Shown here piece by piece: positions 10,419 through 18,513 of a stretch of 64,000 nucleotides of DNA (the stretch's first letter is position 1; every line of letters starts with the position of its first letter). The translations under genes and the position numbers were made by a program. Below the pieces are notes generated by a model. It had not been told where the DNA came from and ran no database searches. It was given only the letters and a program-made list of their open reading frames with translations. Source of the stretch: Acidimicrobiales bacterium (GTDB lineage Bacteria; Actinomycetota; Acidimicrobiia; Acidimicrobiales; DASWIA01); the NCBI GenBank assembly GCA_036397895.1, contig DASWIA010000056.1, positions 2,468 through 66,467 of the forward strand, read 5' to 3'.

Positions 10419-10954
10419 CGCTCCTGGATCGTCGACGTGATCCGGTCGCCGGTGAGGAAGTCGACCATGCGCACGGTGCGGATCCGCTCGTTGAGCTGGC
10501 GCAGCATCTCGGCCAGCACCGGATTGCCGGCAGCCTCGGCCAAGCCGACGTGAAACGACTCGTCGACGAGCACGATCGACGGCGCCGGCTCAGGCTCGTC
10601 GTCGGCGAGCGCCTGCCATGCACCGATGAGCGCCTCGACGACCTCGAGGTCGTGGGTGCCGCGGCGGATGGCCTGGAGCTCGAGGCCAGCTCGCACCTCG
10701 TACAGCGACCGGATGTGGCCCACATCGGGCACCACCGGGACATAGCCCCCATCGGAATGGCGGCTGACGAGGCCCTCGCTGTACAGGCGCAGGAATGCCT
10801 CGCGGATGGGGGTGCGCGACACGCCGAGGGCGGTGGCCAGACGGGCCTCCTTCAAACGGGCGCCGAGGCGAAACTCGCCGGCGAGCAGGCGTCGCTTGAG
10901 CTCGCCGTAGGCGAGCTCGCTGCGCAGGAGGCCAGGATGCACGTCGGTATACAC
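10388..10954 (-). CDS. GntR/FadR-family transcriptional regulator, probably C-terminally truncated
   Basis: wHTH LGVSRTPIREAF plus an FCD-like domain that stops abruptly after TIQE and runs into the amidase fragment in another frame. Confidence 0.55.
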   Translation of the reverse strand: MYTDVHPGLLRSELAYGELKRRLLAGEFRLGARLKEARLATALGVSRTPIREAFLRLYSEGLVSRHSDGGYVPVVPDVGHIRSLYEVRAGLELQAIRRGTHDLEVVEALIGAWQALADDEPEPAPSIVLVDESFHVGLAEAAGNPVLAEMLRQLNERIRTVRMVDFLTGDRITSTIQERCSGSSTTAA

Positions 10955-11559
10955 AGCGGTGCACCGTAGAGACCGCTCATTGCCGGCCCGTGTGGTGCCT
11001 GTGAACGGTTGACGTTCAGGCGCCGACGCGATCCTTTACGCCAGCGGTGAGTTCTCCCCAGCTACGGAGCGGAGCGGGACCACCGGCAGCTCGACGCGGG
11101 TGTCAACGTCGAGAGGTCACCGGTACCCGGGCTTCCCGCGCCGACTCCCGCGCACGCTGGGTGGTGGACTCACCGCGGAACAGGTTTCCCGCAGGGGAGC
11201 CTGTAAGGGTGTGTCGTATAGGTGGGGTCGGCGCGGGAGAGGTGTGCGGGAGTCGGCAGCGGCGGTGGGTTGGGTGCTGGGGTGTGCTGGGTGAGGCGGG
11301 CGAGGAGTGCGCGGGAATCGGCGCGGGAAAGGTGATCGGGCCAGGGCGTGGCGCGTGGGGAGCAGGCTGACGAGGAATCCGAAGTGGGTGTCTCCGTCGG
11401 GCCTCGGAATCGGCATGGGGAAGCACGTCGTCGGTTGCCGCTGCGCGAGAGATCACGCGCTGACACGCCCCACCGGTATCGTCATGCCAGGAGCGCTCGA
11501 GCTGTCCGCTCCCCGGTTCACCTTGTCGACGGCTCCTTCTGCACTGCAAGGAGGAGCCG

Positions 11560-12478
11560 ATGCGCGGCCATGTCAGAAAGCGCGGCAACCGGTGGGCGTT
11601 CGTCGTCGACGTCGGCACGGACGACACCGGCCGGCGGCGGCAGAAGTGGCGCAGCGGGCTCGCCACCCGCAAGGAGGCCGAGGCCGAGCTGCGGCAATTC
11701 CTCTACCGAGTCGAGCACGGCGGCGACCCATTCCCGACCGACATCAGGCTTCGGGACTTCGTGGTTCGCTGGGTCGAGCATCAGGCGACCCGAGTCCGGC
11801 CTTCGACGGTTCGGCGCTACCGGAAGGTCTTCGACCTCCACGTGCTCCCCGTCGTCGGGAACCTGAAGCTCACGGCGCTCCGACCAGCTCATGTGCAGGC
11901 TGTGATCGACGCGACCGCCCGCAAGGGCCTGTCGAACCGCACCGTGACCGAGGCCCGCAACGTGCTCTCCTCCGCGCTCCGGCACGCGGTGGCGTGGGGG
12001 CTGATCCAGGTGAACCCGGCGACTGCGGTTCGCCCTCCCAAGGTCGAACGACGGCGACTCGACGTCCCTTCCGCGGCTGAGGTCGCCCGGCTGCTCGAGG
12101 CAGCACGTGGCTCGACGTGGGAGGTACCGCTGCTGCTGGCGGCGACCACTGCTCGGCGCTCGGAGGTGCTGGCGCTGGCGTGGAATGAGGTCGACCTCGA
12201 CCGAGGCCGCATCCGCATCGTCCGATCGCTCCATCGAGTGCCGAACGAGGACGGTCCCGGCCGTCGCCTCGACTTCTACGAGCCGAAGACGTCACGGTCC
12301 CGCGGGGCTCGCGGCGCCCGGCTTCGTCGCCGCTCGATTGCGTGAGCACCGAGCCGCACATGCGCGACGCCGGCTCGAGCTCGGGCCTGCGTGGGTCGAC
12401 CTCGTCCTCGTGTGCGACCGTGGCGACGGCGGCCCGCTCGACCCCGACGCCATCGGGCGCGCCCTCGGCGGAGGTTGA
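11560..12478 (+). pseudogene. tyrosine recombinase/phage integrase, frameshifted and C-terminally truncated
   Basis: AAGGAGG RBS. The N-terminal SAM-like and core-binding region is intact. The frame shifts near 12303 (KTSRSR then PGFVAARLREH in the +1 frame). The ORF ends at 12478 before the H-x-x-R and Tyr catalytic motifs. Confidence 0.7.
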
Positions 12479-12481
12479 CCG

Positions 12482-12692
12482 TTGACCGACGTGCCACGTG
12501 ACGATCACGACGATCCCGTTCCGCTCGGGCTGGTGTTGGATCTCGATGAGGCCTTCCGGGTGCTCGAAGCGCTCGAAGATGCGCTGCTCGAACTCGAGCG
12601 AGCCGGGCGCCGCCCCTGGACTGCGCGACGAGCTCGCCACGGTGATCCGGGTCGTCCACCATAGACTCGGTCTCGATGAGGGGGACGTCTGA
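12482..12692 (+). pseudogene. small acidic ORF split by a frameshift (island gene remnant)
   Basis: Frame A reads ...LDLDEAFRVLEALEDALLELERAG. Frame B continues ...LRDELATVIRVVHHRLGLDEGDV, and its TGA overlaps the Xis-like ATG (TGATG). Confidence 0.3.
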
Positions 12693-12865
12693 TGGCTGAG
12701 ACGAGGATTCTCCGGCCGGCCGAGTTCGCTGAGCGTCTCGGTGTTCGGACCCGCGTGGTGATCGAAGCGATGTACGAGCAGCGCGTGCCTCGCGTACGCC
12801 TCGACGACGGGACGCTCGGCATCCCCGAGGACGCGCTCGACTCCTTCGAGCTCCCTGCCAGCTGA
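12692..12865 (+). CDS. excisionase-like helix-turn-helix protein (57 aa, below ORF-track cutoff)
   Basis: Translation MAETRILRPAEFAERLGVRTRVVIEAMYEQRVPRVRLDDGTLGIPEDALDSFELPAS has the typical Xis/MerR-like HTH pattern and lies next to the integrase remnant. Confidence 0.55.
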   Translation: MAETRILRPAEFAERLGVRTRVVIEAMYEQRVPRVRLDDGTLGIPEDALDSFELPAS

Positions 12866-13042
12866 GGCTTCGGGCGACGGGGTCGGCGCGGGCGCGTGAG
12901 GCCTCCGCTGCAAACATTCTGCAAACGAACACGGCGAGAACCGGCGCTGATCGTCGGCGCCCGTCGGACCCCGGGATCGCGAAAGCCCTGTTCGGCGGCA
13001 TCGCGGCCCATCCAGCGACACGACCCGGCACGGCCCAACCAC

Positions 13043-13096
13043 GCCTTGTAAGCGGCCGGTCGTCGGTTCGATTCCGACCACCGGCTCGTCGGTGAC
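13043..13096 (+). repeat. attR-like direct repeat (orphan 3' half of tRNA-Thr)
   Basis: 53/54 identity with 8465..8518. No 5' half of a tRNA precedes it. Confidence 0.85.
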
Positions 13097-13142
13097 ATGG
13101 GGTTTCGCGCTCCTCGGCGTGGATGTCGGGGTGTCGTCGCCG

Positions 13143-13541
13143 CTAGTCGGCGAAGACGTCGCGGCTGTGTCGGACGAAGAACGTGTGGTCATGACCCTCG
13201 TTCGGGTCTTGAGCGTTGTACTTGGCGGTCGTGGCGGAGCCGTCGGGGACTTGTTCCTCGGAGTAGATGGCGCCCACCGGACAGACGTCAGGCTGATAGC
13301 AGGCAGTGCAGGACGTGCATTCCTCGAGGTTGACATAGAGGATGCTGTCGCCGAACACGGCGATCGCGTCCGAGTTCGGGGTGTGGGTGTTCTCGACGAT
13401 CCCGCTGCCCGCCTCGTCTTCCGAGAAGAGCTGGTTCTTGGTCGCGTCGAACTCGTAGATGCACTGCACTGGACAGACGTCGACGCAAGCTCGATCCTTC
13501 ACGTCGATGCAGGCTTCGGTGATGATGGCGAGGCCGGACAT
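13143..13541 (-). CDS. ferredoxin (FdxA-like, two Fe-S cluster motifs)
   Basis: CIDVKDRACVDVCP and CTSCTACYQPDVCP cysteine motifs. 132 aa. Confidence 0.75.
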   Translation of the reverse strand: MSGLAIITEACIDVKDRACVDVCPVQCIYEFDATKNQLFSEDEAGSGIVENTHTPNSDAIAVFGDSILYVNLEECTSCTACYQPDVCPVGAIYSEEQVPDGSATTAKYNAQDPNEGHDHTFFVRHSRDVFAD

Positions 13542-13715
13542 GTGTCGGTCCCCCTTTCGCCTGGTGGTCGCGAGTCTCGCACGCGGGCGCCCGCTACTGC
13601 CGACTCAGTGCCGCCGCAGATCGTACGCATCGCGCCCGGCGACATGGCCATCAAGGAACGACCACGCCTTCTCGATGCGCAGCGTCGAGCAAGGGGTGTC
13701 GTCGGTTAGGGTCGC

Positions 13716-14231
13716 ATGGTGCCGAGGGTCGAACGTCCGGCCATGTCCGACTACGGAGTCCCAACCGACCCAGCGGGCGCTCTGCCGTGGCCCTGGGCGC
13801 AGCAACGTCTCGTTGACAACAAGAACTACTGGGTTGTGACGGCGTCGGCGTCGGGACGACCCCACGCGATGCCCGTGTGGGGAGTCTGGCTTCCCGAGAC
13901 CGACCGCTTCTGGTTCTCGTGCTCGCCAAGGGCCCGTAAGGCCCGCAACATCGCCGAGAACCCGAGCTGCGTCGTCACCGTCGCCGACACCGTCGAGTGC
14001 GTCTCTGTCGAAGGGTGGGCCCGCGTCGCCGACCTGGCCAGCGACGCCGACGCGATCGATCATGCGGTCACGACCTACGTCAACAAGTACTGGGACGATC
14101 CAGCCGTTCATCCTGAGATGGAGTCGTTCCTTCGCAGCCACGCGATCGTCGAGCTCGCACCGGACCGCGCCTTCGGGATCATCGAACGCGACGACGAGTT
14201 CACCCAGCGAGCCACCCGCTGGCGTTGGTGA
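13716..14231 (+). CDS. pyridoxamine 5'-phosphate oxidase family protein (possibly F420/FMN-binding split barrel)
   Basis: 171 aa with the pattern NYWVVTASASGRPHAMPVWGVW...FSCSPRARKARNI typical of PPOX-class proteins. An alternative ATG start is at 13743. Confidence 0.6.
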   Translation: MVPRVERPAMSDYGVPTDPAGALPWPWAQQRLVDNKNYWVVTASASGRPHAMPVWGVWLPETDRFWFSCSPRARKARNIAENPSCVVTVADTVECVSVEGWARVADLASDADAIDHAVTTYVNKYWDDPAVHPEMESFLRSHAIVELAPDRAFGIIERDDEFTQRATRWRW

Positions 14232-14325
14232 TGATGCTCGACGAGATATCGCACCGGCGTGTCGCGTTTGCCCTGCCCGTTCGTTGATGTGGTGCCGGGC
14301 ACCGGCCGGTTCGGGGACGGCGCGC

Positions 14326-14622
14326 TCAAACGCGGATCAGAGGCTCGTAGTGCTCGACAGCCGGGAAGGGCTCGTAGAAGTGGTGGAGAAGCTCTCGCCA
14401 CCGCTCGTACTCCGGGGAGCCGCGGAAGCCTTCCGTGTGATCTTCGAGCCGCTCCCACTCGACCAAGAGGAGATAGCGGTTCGCGTGCTCCAGACAGTGG
14501 CTGAGGTGGAGCGACGAGAACCCCGGCATCGAAGCGATGATGGACTTCGCCTGGTTGAATGCGTCCTCGAACTGCTCCTCCTGACCGGGGGCGACATCGA
14601 GGATGGCGTGCTCAAGGATCAT
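14326..14622 (-). CDS. antibiotic-biosynthesis-monooxygenase (ABM) domain protein
   Basis: 98 aa from MILEHAILDV. Ferredoxin-like ABM pattern with LLLVEWERLEDH. Confidence 0.65.
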   Translation of the reverse strand: MILEHAILDVAPGQEEQFEDAFNQAKSIIASMPGFSSLHLSHCLEHANRYLLLVEWERLEDHTEGFRGSPEYERWRELLHHFYEPFPAVEHYEPLIRV

Positions 14623-14791
14623 GGTCTCATCCTCTCGCGTTCGGCTCACTCCCGGCATCGACCCCCCGATGGGACGCTCACCCCATCGCGCGCCGATCGG
14701 ATCACTGACTGCCTCTGGCGTTCACGATGCGGTGATGGCCTGCGGCCAAGAACCACCGACGGGCGCCGCCGCGCACCTAGGTTGAGGGCAC

Positions 14792-15937
14792 ATGAGCCTC
14801 CTGATCCGGGCTGCCACCGCGCTGCTCGTCGGCGTGGTGGTCGTGTCCCTTGCCCCCGACCCGCGCGAGTCCGTCGAGGCCGAGATGGTGGGCATGTCCG
14901 GCGCTCTCCGTGGCCAGGTGGTGGGGAGGGGGTTCACCCTCGAGCCGGGTGATGTGGTGGTGGCCGAGAATGCTCCCGGGCGTGTCCTGATCGTGGACCG
15001 CGACTTCGACGACGTCGACGTCATCGCCTCGGGGCTGGACCAGCCCCATGGCGTCGCCATCGACACCGCCGATGGCTCGGTTCTGATCGCCGAGTTCGGT
15101 GCCGGCCGCGTGATCCGGCTGCTCCCCACCGGCGACGTCGATGTGCTCGACGCCCCTCTCGATGCACCGGAGGATGTGGTCGTCGAGCCCGGGGGCGCGG
15201 TGGTGGTGAGCGACCGCGAAGGCGGTCGAGTGGTGCGCATCACCGGCGCTGGCTCCGAGATCGTGGCCGACGCACTCGCCGGCCCAGCGGGAGTCGACGC
15301 CGCGGCCGGGATGCTGGCCGTGGCCGTGCGCAACACGCCGCCCGACGGCCAGATCCTCGCCGGTCCTGTGGGCGGAACATCGCTGGAGCTGTTCAACGAG
15401 CCCTTCCAGGTGCCGGCCCACATCGACGTGTCACCCGATGGGCTCGACGTGTTCCTCGCCGACGAGGGCGGTCGCATCGTCAGCGCCCGGGCCGGCGGGG
15501 CCAAGCGAGTGATCCGCCCGGGGAACCTCGATCTTCCGGTGGGCCTTGCCATCGACAGCGGTGCCGCATCACCCGGCGACGAGACGTTGCTCACGTCGGT
15601 GCGCGATGGCTTGCTCCGCCTGCACATCGAGTCCGGTGAGACGCTCGACCAGCGCTCACTCGACGATCCGGTGGGCATCGACGTGGTCCCGGAAACCGTG
15701 GACGACCCTCCGCCGTCGACGACCTCCAGCTCGACGTCCACCTCGACCACCCAACCGGGAGTCGCCGTTCCTCAGACCACCGTGTCCACCGACTTGGGCG
15801 ACGCGGGCGGCGGGAACGGTGGCGGTGGCGGTAGCGGGATCCCGCTGGTCCCGATCGCCATCGGTGCATGCGGCCTCGCCGTGCTGTGGTTCATCCTCAG
15901 GCAGCTCGGCATCGGTCCCTTCGCTCGCCGCGGCTAG
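14792..15937 (+). CDS. secreted beta-propeller-like (NHL/SMP-30-like repeat) protein with C-terminal membrane anchor
   Basis: N-terminal signal or anchor, repeated ...P.GVAID..G.V.VA... units, a Ser/Thr-rich linker, a Gly run, a C-terminal TM segment and a basic tail. Confidence 0.5.
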   Translation: MSLLIRAATALLVGVVVVSLAPDPRESVEAEMVGMSGALRGQVVGRGFTLEPGDVVVAENAPGRVLIVDRDFDDVDVIASGLDQPHGVAIDTADGSVLIAEFGAGRVIRLLPTGDVDVLDAPLDAPEDVVVEPGGAVVVSDREGGRVVRITGAGSEIVADALAGPAGVDAAAGMLAVAVRNTPPDGQILAGPVGGTSLELFNEPFQVPAHIDVSPDGLDVFLADEGGRIVSARAGGAKRVIRPGNLDLPVGLAIDSGAASPGDETLLTSVRDGLLRLHIESGETLDQRSLDDPVGIDVVPETVDDPPPSTTSSSTSTSTTQPGVAVPQTTVSTDLGDAGGGNGGGGGSGIPLVPIAIGACGLAVLWFILRQLGIGPFARRG

Positions 15938-15958
15938 ACGGCGGCTGAACGATGCAAG

Positions 15959-16654
15959 TCACGCGGGCCGGTCGAGCAGCCCCATCTGCACGGCGCGCAC
16001 CACGACCTCGAGCTGGCTGTGGGCGCCGAGCTTGGCCAGAAGGTTCTTGATGTAGCCCCGACAGGTGTTCACCGTGATCCCCAGCTCCGCTGCGACCGCC
16101 CGAGTGTCCTTCCCCCGGGCGAGCAGCTGGAGCACGTCGTCTTCACGTGGAGTCAACCGCGGGACGAGGTCGCTCGACCTCGCACCATCGCCGGACTTGT
16201 CGCCGCTGTCTTTCAGATGGTCCACGATGGCCTGGATGCTGGCCTGCTCGATCAGCATCCCGCCGTCCCCGACGGCGCGGATGGCGCTCAGGACGTCGCT
16301 GACCGAGCTGTTCTTGAGGAGAAAGCCCGATGCGCCGGCCCCGGCGGCGGCGGCCATGAGATCGATCTCCGTGGAGGCGGTCAGGACGACGACCCTGGTT
16401 CGTGGCCAACGCCGCTTGATCTCGCGGGTGCAGCTGATCCCGTCACCATCGGGAAGCTGGACGTCCATGAGAACGACATCAGGCTGATGCTCATCGACGA
16501 GCTCGAGCGCCCCCGCGACCGTCGACGCTGTACCGATCAGCTCGAGGTCTCTCTGGGTGTCGAGTGCCATGCCCAACGCCTCCGAGAATGCACGGTGGTC
16601 GTCGACCACGAGCACTCGCGATGCCGTCCTTGCCGTCGATCGATCGTCGGCCAC
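15959..16654 (-). CDS. NarL/FixJ (LuxR)-family response regulator
   Basis: REC domain (VLVVDDH, VVLMDVQLPDGDG) plus a LuxR HTH (LTPREDDVLQLLARGKDTRAVAAELGITVNTCRGYIKNLLAKLG). GTG start at 16654 is preferred over the 252-aa track ORF. Confidence 0.8.
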   Translation of the reverse strand: MADDRSTARTASRVLVVDDHRAFSEALGMALDTQRDLELIGTASTVAGALELVDEHQPDVVLMDVQLPDGDGISCTREIKRRWPRTRVVVLTASTEIDLMAAAAGAGASGFLLKNSSVSDVLSAIRAVGDGGMLIEQASIQAIVDHLKDSGDKSGDGARSSDLVPRLTPREDDVLQLLARGKDTRAVAAELGITVNTCRGYIKNLLAKLGAHSQLEVVVRAVQMGLLDRPA

Positions 16655-16706
16655 TGACCCTCTTCCTCGCACCGCGTGTGATGGTCCCCGGAGGACCGAC
16701 CCTACC

Positions 16707-16825
16707 TGGATGCGCAACCGGTTGGATGCTCACGGCCCCCCAGATTGGGGGGGCGAGGGCGGGCAAGATCCCCCGCAGGAGGGTCTGGGCGGCCCAGCCC
16801 GTCGATCGTACGGTTGGAGCATCCA
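16707..16825. promoter_or_regulatory. candidate operator set in the divergent regulator/EAL intergenic region
   Basis: TGGATGC at 16707 and 16723, with its complement GCATCCA at 16819. Perfect 10-nt palindrome CAACCGGTTG at 16715..16724. CGGTTGGA repeated at 16719 and 16811. Hairpin CCCCCCA-GAT-TGGGGGG at 16736..16752. Confidence 0.35.
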
Positions 16826-16846
16826 GTCCGAACGAAGGGCGGAACG

Positions 16847-17827
16847 ATGACGATGATCGAAGAGCCAACGGCGGTAGCAGAGGTCTCGGGTGTTTCAGCA
16901 ATCGTCCGGGCGATGTTCAGCGAGGGGCTCCCGCAACGAGCTCCGATCCCGTCTCTCACGACTCGTCCGCCGCTGGTCGGTGGGCTGATGAGATCCTCCG
17001 CCCTCACCACGGCCCCCCGGACCCCCGCACCGCGGCTCGAGCTTCTCGAGCTGCTCGAGTACGGCGAGCCTGAGCTCCACTATCAGCCCGTCGTCGAGCT
17101 CTTGTCCGGGCGGGTGATCGGCGCCGAGGCACTCCTGCGGTGGCGCTACGGCGATGAGATCGTGCCGCCGTCCGTGATCGTGCCGCTGGCTGAACAGATG
17201 GGGGTGATCAACGAGATCGGAGCCTGGGTGGTGGAGGAGGCATGTCGGCAGCTCGCTTCGTGGCACCGATCGGCCAATGGAACAACGTTTCCCAGCGTCT
17301 CCGTGAACGTGTCGCCAACGCAGCTGCATGGCTCAGGCCTCGCCACGACCATCACCAGGGCGCTGGCCACCGCCGGCCTGCAGCCCCACCACCTGGCGAT
17401 CGAGCTCACCGAGGACATCCCCATCGTCGGGGTTCACGCCGCCGCAGTGGTGGCCGAGATCGCCGATCTCGGGGTGACCGTCGCTCTCGATGACCTCGGG
17501 GTCGGCCACTCCTCGCTCCGCCTGCTCAGCCAGATGCCGATCCACGTGGTCAAGCTGGATCGGCAGTTCGTCGCCGCGCTCACCAACGACCGAGAGTGCT
17601 ACGAAGTCGTGGCTGGGCTGATCCGTGTCGTGCACGAGCGTGGGAAGGTCGTCGTGGCGGAGGGAGTCGAGACCTCGGAGCAGGCCGACGTCCTGCGAGC
17701 TCTGGACGCCGACTTCGCCCAAGGCTTCTTCTTCGGCGCACCCGCACCGCCCACCAGACTCGAATCCCGCCTGGCCCAGAAGTTCGGCTCCTTCGAACCC
17801 GCCGATCTGCTGTGCTGTCGGCGGTGA
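16847..17827 (+). CDS. EAL-domain cyclic-di-GMP phosphodiesterase (stand-alone EAL)
   Basis: All canonical motifs are present: GAEALLRW, NEIGAW, ELTED, DDLGVGHSSL, KLDRQFV, AEGVETSEQ, QGFFFG. ATG at 16847 is preceded by GAAGGG. Confidence 0.8.
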   Translation: MTMIEEPTAVAEVSGVSAIVRAMFSEGLPQRAPIPSLTTRPPLVGGLMRSSALTTAPRTPAPRLELLELLEYGEPELHYQPVVELLSGRVIGAEALLRWRYGDEIVPPSVIVPLAEQMGVINEIGAWVVEEACRQLASWHRSANGTTFPSVSVNVSPTQLHGSGLATTITRALATAGLQPHHLAIELTEDIPIVGVHAAAVVAEIADLGVTVALDDLGVGHSSLRLLSQMPIHVVKLDRQFVAALTNDRECYEVVAGLIRVVHERGKVVVAEGVETSEQADVLRALDADFAQGFFFGAPAPPTRLESRLAQKFGSFEPADLLCCRR

Positions 17828-18480
17828 CCGAGGCCACGATGATCATGCGCCCGGATTCAGCGATCGGCGTCAGGGTCGCGGCGTGCGCTCGTGGGGAGCT
17901 CGCCTCCCGTCTCCTCGCCGTTCGCACCATGAGATGGCTCATCGATGGGCCCGGATCCGACGATTCAGATGCCGAGAACCGACTCCATCGCGAGCTCGAG
18001 AGGGTCTCGGTGCTCCTCGACCGGGTCGTGTACTGCCTCGCCCCTGACCTCATCCCGTTCTCACCCCGGGAGCTCGACGTTGCCGAGCTCGTGGCCTCTG
18101 TCGCCGAGCGCTTCGGAGGGCAAGCCTCAATCCAGATCGACACCGCGCATGCCCCGGCCATAGCGGACCGGGCCGCCCTTGCTCACGCTCTCTCGAGCAT
18201 CATCGACTTCGGGTTGTGGAGCAGCGACGGGGTCTGGGTCCGGGTGGAAGGAACCAGATCGGATGTCGTCGTCTCGGTTCGCTTCTCCTGTCCCGAGGAC
18301 GACCCTGACCTGGTCGGGGCACTGTTCGAGCCGGTGCTTCCCTCATCGTCGGCCCGACTCGGCCTCGACTCGGTTCGCACGGTGGCCCGGCGCCACCTCG
18401 GCAACGTGGCTGCGACGGCGTCCGGGGGCTCTCTCGAGGTGACGCTCAGCCTTCCCGTCGGGATCACATCGATGACGTGA
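17824..18480 (+). CDS. soluble histidine-kinase-like protein with degenerate ATPase motifs
   Basis: GTG overlaps the EAL stop (GTGA). H-box-like ENRLHRELERV and GHKL-like C-terminal fold pattern. I cannot find the N-box Asn or a DxGxG G1 box. Confidence 0.45.
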   Translation: MTEATMIMRPDSAIGVRVAACARGELASRLLAVRTMRWLIDGPGSDDSDAENRLHRELERVSVLLDRVVYCLAPDLIPFSPRELDVAELVASVAERFGGQASIQIDTAHAPAIADRAALAHALSSIIDFGLWSSDGVWVRVEGTRSDVVVSVRFSCPEDDPDLVGALFEPVLPSSSARLGLDSVRTVARRHLGNVAATASGGSLEVTLSLPVGITSMT

Positions 18481-18513
18481 GCGCGCCAACCGAACGGCCG
18501 ATTCGCCCGGTGT

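Larger units (their letters stand above)
8509..13042. mobile_element. decayed tRNA-Thr-integrated element (about 4.5 kb)
   Basis: Bounded by direct repeats of the tRNA 3' half. Contains a tyrosine integrase remnant, an Xis-like HTH ORF and truncated cargo genes. Confidence 0.7.

Noticed and set aside
8872-10752. 626-aa minus-strand ORF overlapping the amidase and GntR genes
   Set aside because: The translation is Arg/Pro/Gly low-complexity sequence, typical of an out-of-frame shadow ORF in GC-rich DNA. The alternative frames give recognisable amidase and GntR sequence.
11047-11560. Several 60-260-aa ORFs in the G-rich region upstream of the integrase
   Set aside because: All frames give Pro/Arg/Gly/Trp strings with no domain-like sequence. 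I treat the region as non-coding or degraded DNA with G-tracts.
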